A stretch of DNA of 64,000 nucleotides from Sphingomonadales bacterium (GTDB lineage: Bacteria; Pseudomonadota; Alphaproteobacteria; Sphingomonadales; Sphingomonadaceae): the NCBI GenBank assembly GCA_031418495.1, contig JANOXQ010000121.1, forward strand, positions 1,858-65,857, given 5' to 3'. The position numbers and the translations under genes were made by a program. Below are positions 56,255-64,000 of the stretch, in pieces; position 1 is the first letter of the stretch, and the number at the start of each line of letters is the position of its first letter. A model generated the notes under the pieces. It was not told where the DNA came from. It ran no database searches and saw nothing but the letters and a program-made list of their open reading frames with translations.

Positions 56255-56959
56255 TTAGCTGCCGCTGTCGCCCTGATATTTAAGCTCAAGGTAGCGGCCT
56301 TGCGTCGCGAGTGTATTGAGATCGCCCGAGGCGAGCTGTTGGGAGAGGCGCGTAAGTTCAGTATCAACAACGCCGAGACCATCGACCAACTGTTTGTCAG
56401 GGCTCATCCCGTTGAGGCCGTCGCGGCGCAGATTAGGCGGCACCCGGTTATAGCCGTTGACCAACTCGGGCAGTTCATCACCGATCAGGCGGCGAAGTTC
56501 GCCAGCGATTGGTTCACGCTCATCAAGCGTCTGCAGCTGAACCCCAAGCGTATCGAGCTTACGACCAATGTCATTTACCAGCGTTATTGCAGGCGCGGGC
56601 AACGCGCGACGCTGCGCCTGAAGCCAACGGTCAGTGCTTTGGGGAAGCTGCTTAAGATCAACCTCGCGAAGTTTTTCAGCCGAGACAACGCGCTCACCAC
56701 TAAAAGCCACACCAATCCCCATCGCAACAAGCATCGCAAGAAAAGCGAGCATGACCCCCGCAATTCCGATTGGCGAGATAAATCCCCAAACGAATGTAGC
56801 AAGAATAACCGCCCCAGCCCCGGCAAGTGCGAATTTTACCGCTCTACGCGCACGGTTGAAGATGGAGCGCGGTTGTGGGAGCAGGTTATAACCCTGCTGT
56901 ATTCGGATCTTTGCTTCGCGGGCACTCCGCAGAATTTCATCAGAGTCACTCATGATCAA
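56255..56959 (-). CDS. membrane-anchored partner of TelA (two TM helices plus helical domain)
   Basis: ATGA-coupled downstream of the telA-like gene; C-terminal QGRYLELKY. Confidence 0.6.
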   Translation of the reverse strand: MIMSDSDEILRSAREAKIRIQQGYNLLPQPRSIFNRARRAVKFALAGAGAVILATFVWGFISPIGIAGVMLAFLAMLVAMGIGVAFSGERVVSAEKLREVDLKQLPQSTDRWLQAQRRALPAPAITLVNDIGRKLDTLGVQLQTLDEREPIAGELRRLIGDELPELVNGYNRVPPNLRRDGLNGMSPDKQLVDGLGVVDTELTRLSQQLASGDLNTLATQGRYLELKYQGDSGS

Positions 56960-58155
56960 ACCGGCGCAAACGGGCTGTCAGCGCTACCGCCGCCTTCAAT
57001 CGCTGCCTGGCGTTGCCCTTCGGCGCGCGCGATATAGCCCTTCGATTTTTCTACTTCGTTTGATAACGTATCGACGGTGGTTTTCATTGAAACCAGCGCC
57101 TTGGCCTTGAACGTATCGATGCTATCCATCGTCACATAAATATTCTGGAAGGCGCGCTGGAGCGTTTCCATCGGAATGGTGCTTGATGCCGCCTGCTCAT
57201 GAATTTTCGCGGTTTGGTTTTTGAGCATCTCGCCGGTTGAGTCGATGATGTTTGCGGTCGTCGTGTTAAGCGCGGTAATCTGCTCAAGCACTAGTTTCTG
57301 CCCAACCAGCGCTTGAGCAACGGTAACCGCCGTGCGCAGCGCCGCAACCGTTGTCGTAGAAGCGCGGTCTACGCCCTTGATGAGTTCGACGTTATTCTTT
57401 TTGACCAGATCAAGTGCAAGATAACCTTGCACCGTCACCGCCATTTGCGTCAGCAAATCAGTCGTGCGCTGGCGAATGTAGAAAAGCGCGGTTTCGCGGA
57501 TTGCCTTCGCTTTGGCGGGATCGCTGATATCAAGGTCATTCGCTTTGTCTTCAAGTTTGGCATCAAGCGCCTTAGCAACATGGATCATCTGTTCAAGCCG
57601 ACCCATCGCCGCCCAGAGATTCTGCCGCTCAACATCAATCGCGGCATTATCTTTGAGCAGTTCATCCTTGCCTGATCCAAGGTTGGAGAGGATTGAGGAA
57701 ATATGGCCTTGCGATGATTTATAGCCATCAAAATAATTGCGCATCTTATTGCCGTAGGGGATGATCCCAAAGAATTTTTTGCGCGTGAAGAGATCGCCCT
57801 TGGCTCCTGGATCAAGATCCTCAATCGTCCGGCGAAGCTCGGCCAGATCTTTGCCAACGCCGCCTTCCTTATCCATCGCGCGAACGGGACGATCAAGGAA
57901 CCGGTTCGATTGGCCCGACGCTTCGGCAATTTCCTTGCGGCCCATGCTGGTAAGCTGATCCACCTTTTTGCCAAATTCAGGCGAATTGGGATCAAGCAGC
58001 GCAAGCTCGCTCACAAAGCCGTCGGCCTTTTCATCAAGTGCCGAGCGTTGCTCATCTTTCAAGGGAACAAGCCCCGACGCCTTTTCAGGCGCGACGACGG
58101 GCACCGGGTCGGGCGCATTTAATGTGATCGTTGGTTCCTGAACCTGAGTCGCCAA
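56956..58155 (-). CDS. toxic anion resistance protein (TelA family)
   Basis: GKDELLKDN..QRTTDLLTQ..NNVELIKGVDRA..TVAALRTAVTVAQAL pattern. Confidence 0.88.
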   Translation of the reverse strand: MATQVQEPTITLNAPDPVPVVAPEKASGLVPLKDEQRSALDEKADGFVSELALLDPNSPEFGKKVDQLTSMGRKEIAEASGQSNRFLDRPVRAMDKEGGVGKDLAELRRTIEDLDPGAKGDLFTRKKFFGIIPYGNKMRNYFDGYKSSQGHISSILSNLGSGKDELLKDNAAIDVERQNLWAAMGRLEQMIHVAKALDAKLEDKANDLDISDPAKAKAIRETALFYIRQRTTDLLTQMAVTVQGYLALDLVKKNNVELIKGVDRASTTTVAALRTAVTVAQALVGQKLVLEQITALNTTTANIIDSTGEMLKNQTAKIHEQAASSTIPMETLQRAFQNIYVTMDSIDTFKAKALVSMKTTVDTLSNEVEKSKGYIARAEGQRQAAIEGGGSADSPFAPV

Positions 58156-58206
58156 TCAAGCCTCCTTTAGTAATTTACCCAAACATGGCGACAAACGCTG
58201 TATTAT

Positions 58207-59199
58207 TCAAGTAGAACGCGTCAACCGCGCGGCCAACCAAGCCGAAACGATCAATTGCAACTGGTGATACAGCATCAGGGGGATGATGATAAGCCCCGCC
58301 TCAGCGCCGGGAAACAATATGCGCGCCATCGGTGCGCCGGTGGCAAGCGTCTTGTGCGATCCTGAATACAGCAGCGTAATCCGGTCTTCGCGTTTGAAAC
58401 CTAGCGCGCCGCCCAGCCACCACGTCGATCCAAAGGCGAAGCCCAACAAGACCAGCACAACCAGCAACAACACACCAAACTGCCCACCCGACAAACGGTG
58501 CCACAACCCGTCTACCACTGCCGCACTAAACGCCACGTAAACCGCCAAGATGATCGTTAACCGGTCCATCCGCCCAATCCAAAGCTTATGCCGCTCGGCC
58601 CAAGCGCCGTACCAACCATGGGCAATTTGGCCGAGGATGAAGGGGAGCAACAGCAGCCCAGCAATCTTGCCAATCGAGCCAAGCCCGACCCCCGCCCCGC
58701 TGGCGCTCGCAATCCCCGCAACGATCAACGGCGTCAGGACAACACCCGCGATATTGGAGAGAGCCGCCGCCACCACCGACGCGGCGACATTGCCGCCCGC
58801 CATCGAACTTGATGAGATCGCCGCCTGCACCGTTGACGGCAGTGCGCAGAGGAACAGCATACCGATCCAAAGGCCGGGGGTGAGGAGCGAAGGCATCAGC
58901 AGCGAAAGCGACAGACCGGCAAGCGGCAGTGCTGCAAACGTGAACGCAACGATAGCAAGCTGCAACCGCCAATGCTTAATCCCCGCCCAGACCGCTTCGC
59001 GGCTAAGTCGAAGCCCGTGGAAGAAGAAGAGCGAAAAGATGGCGATGTTAGAAACAGTGGAAACAGTGGAAAGCGTTGAACCGCGCGCAGGCAAAAAGCT
59101 CGCGAGCGCAATCACGCCGAGCAGCAGCAATATAAAGCGATCAGGGATCAGGCGGGCGAGCATTGCGCGTGTGATGGCGGATTGCCGAGCGCTCGACAA
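58207..59199 (-). CDS. bile acid:sodium symporter family (SBF-like) transporter
   Basis: FFFHGLRL, LPSTVQ..GGNVA and SHKTLATGAPMA motifs. Confidence 0.88.
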   Translation of the reverse strand: MSSARQSAITRAMLARLIPDRFILLLLGVIALASFLPARGSTLSTVSTVSNIAIFSLFFFHGLRLSREAVWAGIKHWRLQLAIVAFTFAALPLAGLSLSLLMPSLLTPGLWIGMLFLCALPSTVQAAISSSSMAGGNVAASVVAAALSNIAGVVLTPLIVAGIASASGAGVGLGSIGKIAGLLLLPFILGQIAHGWYGAWAERHKLWIGRMDRLTIILAVYVAFSAAVVDGLWHRLSGGQFGVLLLVVLVLLGFAFGSTWWLGGALGFKREDRITLLYSGSHKTLATGAPMARILFPGAEAGLIIIPLMLYHQLQLIVSAWLAARLTRST

Positions 59200-59209
59200 G
59201 TAAGGCAGA

Positions 59210-59236
59210 TTGGTATATATTATTGCCGTATACCAA
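59210..59236. promoter_or_regulatory. vapBC operator-like inverted repeat
   Basis: TTGGTATA-N11-TATACCAA just upstream of the antitoxin start. Confidence 0.55.
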
Positions 59237-59250
59237 ATGGAGCGCTTGCG

Positions 59251-59502
59251 ATGAATGATATGGCGAAAATCTTCTGGACAGGCCGCAGTCAGGCGGTGCG
59301 CTTGCCCAAAGAATACCGCTTCGACGGTAAGGAAGTGCGGATTAGCCGAGAGGGTGGCAGGGTGGTTCTGGAAGCAGTGGAAGAAAGCAGCGGCGATTGG
59401 ATCGAGCGGTTGTCAGGGTGTATGGATGACGATTGGGCAAAGGCTGTGGAGGCTGGCCATCTTGGCCCTGAAAATATGCCCGACGGCCCGAGCTTTGATT
59501 GA
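59251..59502 (+). CDS. vapB: VapB antitoxin (AbrB/MazE type)
   Basis: AKIFWTGRSQAVRLPKEYRF motif; TTGA overlap with a PIN toxin. Confidence 0.92.
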   Translation: MNDMAKIFWTGRSQAVRLPKEYRFDGKEVRISREGGRVVLEAVEESSGDWIERLSGCMDDDWAKAVEAGHLGPENMPDGPSFD

Positions 59503-59906
59503 GTATGCGCTACCTTCTCGATTCCAATGCGATCATTACATGGTTTAATGGTCGTAATCGGGCGCTGGTTGACCGGCTTAAATCGCATGATGGCGAATTT
59601 GGCACATCAACAATCGTCATTTTTGAGCTTTATTTCGGCGCTTTTAACAGTAGCCGCGTTGCCGATAATATAAACCGTCTCGCTAATCTCAAAATACCAG
59701 TGCTTGAGTTCGGTGAACCCGACGCCCAAGCGGCCGGGGAGATTCGCGCGACCCTCAAAAAAGCTGGGACGCCGATCGGCCCTTACGATCTGCTAATCGC
59801 CGCTCAAGCCAAAGCGCGCGGGCTGGTGATGGTAACCAACAATGTCGCCGAATTTTCGAGAGTAGATGGCTTGGTGATTGAGGATTGGACAGACGCGCGC
59901 AGCTAG
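59499..59906 (+). CDS. vapC: VapC PIN-domain toxin
   Basis: YLLDSN, ELYFGA, GTPIGPYDLLIAAQA and VTNNVAEF motifs. Confidence 0.93.
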   Translation: MSMRYLLDSNAIITWFNGRNRALVDRLKSHDGEFGTSTIVIFELYFGAFNSSRVADNINRLANLKIPVLEFGEPDAQAAGEIRATLKKAGTPIGPYDLLIAAQAKARGLVMVTNNVAEFSRVDGLVIEDWTDARS

Positions 59907-59909
59907 TTT

Positions 59910-61073
59910 TCAGGCTGTCCTCGATATTATTCTACGCCGCCGAAGCGACCCGCCGACCAATCCAAAACCGCCAATCATCATCACCCAGCTTGATGGTTCA
60001 GGAACGGCGGAAAGCTCAAAGGCAAGAAACTGGGTAAACTGCGTCGCGCCAAAATTATTGTCAGACACTAGGATCAGGCTTTGCCGACCATTCTCAAGCG
60101 TCTGGCCAAAGCTGATCCCCTCAATATTGTCGAGCGGAACACCAAGTGTGCCAAGGTCAAAAAGCAATGTTTTGCGAACCGGGGTAAAATTTGCGCCTGT
60201 AAGCGATGACAGGCCGGTGATGTTCGTCGCCCCCGAAATATCGATATCAAATAGTTTGACCGAATAGCCCGTGCCCGGCGCGCCGACCGAAAAACTGCGC
60301 TCAACCCCGATAAAACGGCTATCGGACAAGGCCAATATCTCGACCAGCCCGTTGGTTGCAAAGGCTGTCAGCGGGTTTGGCGATTGATTGATCGCCGCCA
60401 CTTCATAAACATATTCGGCGAGCGGGTTGCCCGTTGCTGGGTTGAACGCAAGCAAACGGGCGAAACTGCCGTTGGTCAGCGTCGCGGCTAGCCCGTCCTG
60501 CCGAAGCGCGTTTTCGGTCGCGGTAAAAATGGTTCCGTTGGGTGTCAGCGCTAGGCTTTCAAAGGCAAGGTTCTGGCGGATGCCGCCGCTCGCGGTTGGC
60601 AGATAATAGCCGGGCAGCGTCAGGTCGCGGATGAACGATCCATCGCCGCGCGCTTCACGCACGAACGGCGATTGCAGGACATTAACATCGCCTTCACTTG
60701 TGTAATAAAACCCGCCCCGACCATTTAATCGGATTGCCTCTGGATCAATCCCAAGTGCCGGAAACGGCGAGCCGTCAGCTTGCTTGAGCGTCTGGGTCGC
60801 CGTGAAATTGACTGCGTTAAAACGTGTCGAGGTGAGATCAAGGTTGAGCGTGTAGAAACGCGCCGGATTAATCTGCGAACGATCATCACTGATCGACAGA
60901 TAGGTTCGCGATGCCGCGTCATAATCAATGCCCGAAAGCCCGCCAAGCGTCGTGCCGAGCACTTGCGTGCCGGTTGGGATGATCTGCTGGCCAATGTAGC
61001 GCAGGTTAACCGATGCAGCCTGTGCAGGGGTAACGGCGACGGCGAGCAATATTGCGCACATGCTGAGCTTCAT
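59910..61073 (-). CDS. esterase-like activity of phytase family protein with PEPxxWA-type PEP-CTERM sorting signal
   Basis: GGLSGIDYD, ISDDR, DPEAIR, NLAFESL and SDNNF motifs; C-terminal VPEPSSWVMMIGGFGLVGGSLRRRR; ATG 61073. Confidence 0.88.
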   Translation of the reverse strand: MKLSMCAILLAVAVTPAQAASVNLRYIGQQIIPTGTQVLGTTLGGLSGIDYDAASRTYLSISDDRSQINPARFYTLNLDLTSTRFNAVNFTATQTLKQADGSPFPALGIDPEAIRLNGRGGFYYTSEGDVNVLQSPFVREARGDGSFIRDLTLPGYYLPTASGGIRQNLAFESLALTPNGTIFTATENALRQDGLAATLTNGSFARLLAFNPATGNPLAEYVYEVAAINQSPNPLTAFATNGLVEILALSDSRFIGVERSFSVGAPGTGYSVKLFDIDISGATNITGLSSLTGANFTPVRKTLLFDLGTLGVPLDNIEGISFGQTLENGRQSLILVSDNNFGATQFTQFLAFELSAVPEPSSWVMMIGGFGLVGGSLRRRRIISRTA

Positions 61074-61231
61074 CGATAATCTCCTTAATACTAAGACTCC
61101 GCTAACCATAATCCTGTGACAATCGGGTTACGTTTTGAAAGGTATGATGTCAGATCCTCCCCACCTTGCCGCACCGCACAAATTGCGCTAAGCGCGCGGG
61201 CAACGTCATTCCTCGCAATCAGAGTATTTTC

Positions 61232-63067
61232 ATGAGCCTCCGCAATGTGGCCATTATCGCGCACGTCGATCATGGCAAAACGACCCTTGTTGATCAGTTG
61301 TTCCGTCAATCGGGCACGTTCCGCGAAAACCAGCGTATTGAAGAACGCGCGATGGATTCGAACGATCTTGAAAAAGAGCGCGGGATTACGATTCTGGCGA
61401 AATGCACCAGTGTCGAATGGCACGGCGGCGGTGTTGATACGCGGATCAACATCGTCGATACGCCGGGCCACGCCGATTTCGGCGGCGAGGTTGAGCGCAT
61501 CCTGTCGATGGTTGACGGCGTGATCTTGCTGGTTGATGCCTCCGAAGGCGCGATGCCGCAGACCAAGTTCGTGACCGGCAAGGCGCTTGCGCTCGGCCTG
61601 CGTCCGATTGTGGTAGTGAACAAGGTTGACCGCCCCGATGAGCGCATTCAGGAAGTGCTTGATGAAGTGTTTGATCTGTTCGTCTCGCTCGACGCAACCG
61701 ACGAACAGCTTGATTTTCCTGTCCTTTTTGCCAGCGGCCGCAATGGTTATGCCTCGCTTGACGCCTCCGCCCGCGAAGGCACACTCGCGCCGCTGTTTGA
61801 GACCATTGTGTCGCATGTGCCAGAGCCCTCCGCCGATCCCGATGGGCCGTTCAAATTCCTCGTCACCCTGCTTGACCGTGACAACTTCCTTGGCCGTATC
61901 CTCACTGGCCTCGTATTCAGCGGTTCGGTTAAGACCAACATGCCGATCCATGCGCTCAACCCCGACGGCAAGATTGTTGAAGCAGGCCGCGCGTCCAAAA
62001 TTCTGGCGTTTCGCGGTCTTGAGCGGGTTCCGGTTGATGAAGCCTTTGCAGGTGACATCATCTGTATCGCCGGGATGACCCACACGACGGTGGCTGATAC
62101 GATTGCTGACATCTCGGTAACCGAGCCGCTCCACGCACAACCGATCGATCCGCCGACGCTGTCGATGAGCTTTGCCGTCAATGACAGTCCGATGGCAGGA
62201 CGCGAAGGCACTAAGGTCACCAGCCGCATGATTCGTGATCGGTTGCTTCGCGAAGGCGAAAGCAATGTCGCGATCAAGGTCACCGAGTCGTCGGACAAGG
62301 ATAGTTTTGAAGTCGCCGGGCGCGGTGAGCTTCAACTCGGCGTTCTCATCGAAACGATGCGGCGCGAAGGGTTCGAGTTGAGCATTAGCCGTCCGCGCGT
62401 CCTTTTCCGCGAAGATGAAAGCGGCGCGAAATTGGAGCCTTATGAACAAGTCGTGATTGATGTTGATGATGAACATAGCGGCACCGTTATCGACAAGATG
62501 AACCTCCGCAAGGCCGAGATGCTCGATATGCGACCCTCGGTTGGTGGTAAGACGCGAATCACGTTTAGCGCGCCCTCTCGCGGGCTGATCGGCTATCACG
62601 GCGAATTCTTGAGTGACACGCGCGGTACGGGGATCATGAACCGTCTGTACGAGAAATATGGCCCGCACAAAGGCTTTATTGAAGGCCGCAAAAATGGCGT
62701 TTTGATCTCCAACGGCAGCGGCGAAGCCAATAATTATGCGCTCGGCCCCCTCGAAGATCGCGGCATCCTGTTCATTGGCCACCAGGAAGTGCTTTATGAA
62801 GGGATGATCGTAGGCGAAAATGCCAAGACCGATGATCTTGAAGTCAACCCGATGAAAACCAAGCAGTTGACCAACTTCCGCGCGTCGGGCGGCAAGGACG
62901 ATGCAGTCAGGCTGGCCCCGCCCAAGCGGATGACGCTCGAACAGGCGATTGCCTATATCGATGATGATGAGCTGGTCGAGGTAACGCCCAAAAACATCCG
63001 CCTACGCAAACGCCACCTCGATCCGCATGAGCGGAAGAAAGCGAGCAGGGCGAAGGTTGCGGCGTAA
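61232..63067 (+). CDS. typA: translational GTPase TypA/BipA
   Basis: NVAIIAHVDHGKTT, ERGITILAK, DTPGHADFGGEVER and GRGELQL motifs; ATG 61232. Confidence 0.97.
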   Translation: MSLRNVAIIAHVDHGKTTLVDQLFRQSGTFRENQRIEERAMDSNDLEKERGITILAKCTSVEWHGGGVDTRINIVDTPGHADFGGEVERILSMVDGVILLVDASEGAMPQTKFVTGKALALGLRPIVVVNKVDRPDERIQEVLDEVFDLFVSLDATDEQLDFPVLFASGRNGYASLDASAREGTLAPLFETIVSHVPEPSADPDGPFKFLVTLLDRDNFLGRILTGLVFSGSVKTNMPIHALNPDGKIVEAGRASKILAFRGLERVPVDEAFAGDIICIAGMTHTTVADTIADISVTEPLHAQPIDPPTLSMSFAVNDSPMAGREGTKVTSRMIRDRLLREGESNVAIKVTESSDKDSFEVAGRGELQLGVLIETMRREGFELSISRPRVLFREDESGAKLEPYEQVVIDVDDEHSGTVIDKMNLRKAEMLDMRPSVGGKTRITFSAPSRGLIGYHGEFLSDTRGTGIMNRLYEKYGPHKGFIEGRKNGVLISNGSGEANNYALGPLEDRGILFIGHQEVLYEGMIVGENAKTDDLEVNPMKTKQLTNFRASGGKDDAVRLAPPKRMTLEQAIAYIDDDELVEVTPKNIRLRKRHLDPHERKKASRAKVAA

Positions 63068-63078
63068 CGGTAAAAACG

Positions 63079-63118
63079 AGGTCACTCGGGGCAAAGCAAT
63101 AACTGCCCGGAGTGACCT
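63079..63118. terminator. strong hairpin between typA and a convergent gene (candidate bidirectional terminator)
   Basis: AGGTCACTCGGGGCA-N10-TGCCCGGAGTGACCT, 15-bp stem with one mismatch. Confidence 0.55.
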
Positions 63119-63128
63119 TGGTTCAAAT

Positions 63129-63683
63129 TTATCGCGCGCTTGCTGTTTCCACCGACGCAGCGGTGATTTTCAAGCCAGCAATGCGGGCATCGATGAGACT
63201 GAATATGCGGGTATAATTCTCATCTGATCGATCTGGTTTTTCGGATTTTTGCTCGCCAGACTGATCAAAATCGCCAAATCCGCTTTGGCTTTCAGTACGG
63301 CTTTTAATCAACCGCAGTCTGAGTGTGTAAGCACCAGTGCTATTTGGAATCATCGTGATTGTAGCCGCAGTGGATTTATACTCTGCCTCACCAGTTAGGT
63401 TTTCAAAAAAATCTCTGGTATCTTTTAATGGGGTCGCAGCACGAATAAATCCGCTATTACTGTCAACGTTGCCAATGATAAATCCGTTATCTTCGAGTGC
63501 AGCAATAGTTGCCTGAAAAATCTGTTGTTGATTTCCACTTACAATATGCTCAACTGGTAAAAATGGAACATCAGGAGCCTTTTTGGCCATAGCAGGCTGC
63601 GTTCCTGCAACGATAATCATTGCTGTGAAAACCAATAATGCTCTTGGCCGGGATATATTCGCTCGAATCGATACATTACTCAT
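63129..63683 (-). CDS. hypothetical secreted protein (AT-rich)
   Basis: Signal peptide ..TQPAMA; QIFQATIAALEDNGFII.NVDSNSGFI resembles small outer-membrane lipoprotein-like folds. Confidence 0.6.
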   Translation of the reverse strand: MSNVSIRANISRPRALLVFTAMIIVAGTQPAMAKKAPDVPFLPVEHIVSGNQQQIFQATIAALEDNGFIIGNVDSNSGFIRAATPLKDTRDFFENLTGEAEYKSTAATITMIPNSTGAYTLRLRLIKSRTESQSGFGDFDQSGEQKSEKPDRSDENYTRIFSLIDARIAGLKITAASVETASAR

Positions 63684-63833
63684 AACAGTCTCCTTTCAAA
63701 TACTCGGTGTGACTATGTTAGAATTCCATGAAAGGACTGAACCCTTAATGAATGATTTGTAGAAAGTGCGTCGCGGATCAAAGCGTCGATCAGGCTTGCA
63801 GCATAGCTTCGCTCAAAGCGCTTTGCGCCGCCC

Positions 63834-64000
63834 TTACTTCGGCGGCACGGCGCCCGGTTTGGGTGCTTGACGCGCGGCGGTTTCAAGGTCTTTGAGGCTA
63901 TCGCGCAGCCCAGCATTTGCAACGGTGAGTTCGGCGCTGCACCGGGCGAGTTCGGCTTGTAGCTTTTGGGGCGTTGTCACTGTCTTGGCTTCACCCACTA
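63834..64000 (-). CDS. 3' end of an unidentified protein (5' part outside window)
   Basis: Open frame VGEAKTV..AARQAPKPGAVPPK-stop runs to the window edge. Confidence 0.5.
   Translation of the reverse strand, partial: VGEAKTVTTPQKLQAELARCSAELTVANAGLRDSLKDLETAARQAPKPGAVPPK

Noticed and set aside
56216-57037. 273-aa plus-strand ORF opposite the TelA partner gene
   Set aside because: Fully overlaps better-supported minus-strand genes; composition is typical of antisense frames.
59051-59072. GAAACAGTG tandem repeat inside the symporter gene
   Set aside because: About two in-frame 9-bp units (STVSTVS); too short to suggest phase variation.
61091-62782. 563-aa ORF antisense to typA
   Set aside because: Mirror-frame shadow of a conserved GTPase gene; no independent evidence.
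1-64000. tRNA, rRNA, transposase, integrase or prophage structural genes
   Set aside because: No such signatures were recognised by eye on either strand; a tRNAscan or HMM run would be needed to exclude them formally.

Overview
A 64-kb chromosomal window from an alphaproteobacterium. Sphingomonadales is inferred from gene content (PEPxxWA-CTERM protein, EpsD/Wzy sphingan-like genes, CGTC-type REPs, GTTC-N7-GTTC LexA boxes). The backbone is housekeeping: rlmB, sdhB, zapE, lldD-like, ibpA-like, uvrB, glnD, typA, a MacAB-type exporter, a TonB-dependent receptor and EPS genes. No rRNA, tRNA, CRISPR array, integrase or transposase was recognised. Two accessory systems stand out. (1) 8.1-11.8 kb: a candidate polymorphic toxin/immunity array with two full DAFRHAY..AHE..MDLxNN (DUF6973-like) proteins, one orphan C-terminal fragment and four paralogous BamE/SmpA-like lipoproteins. 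These are joined by 37-bp remnants of the toxin 3' end and preceded by a repeated palindromic operator. (2) A dispersed ~180-bp non-coding element in four copies (18.7, 25.8, 26.2 and 41.2 kb). The three full copies each carry a LexA-type box, sit back-to-back with a different foreign-looking cargo gene (HNH nuclease; 504-aa HTH/HEPN-like protein; lipoprotein inside 18-bp inverted repeats) and abut CTTCGCG-repeat hairpins and CGTC REPs. Also present are a protealysin pseudogene with an intact emfourin inhibitor, several TA modules and orphan antitoxins, and a ROSE thermometer. All functional calls come from motif recognition by eye; no database search was run.
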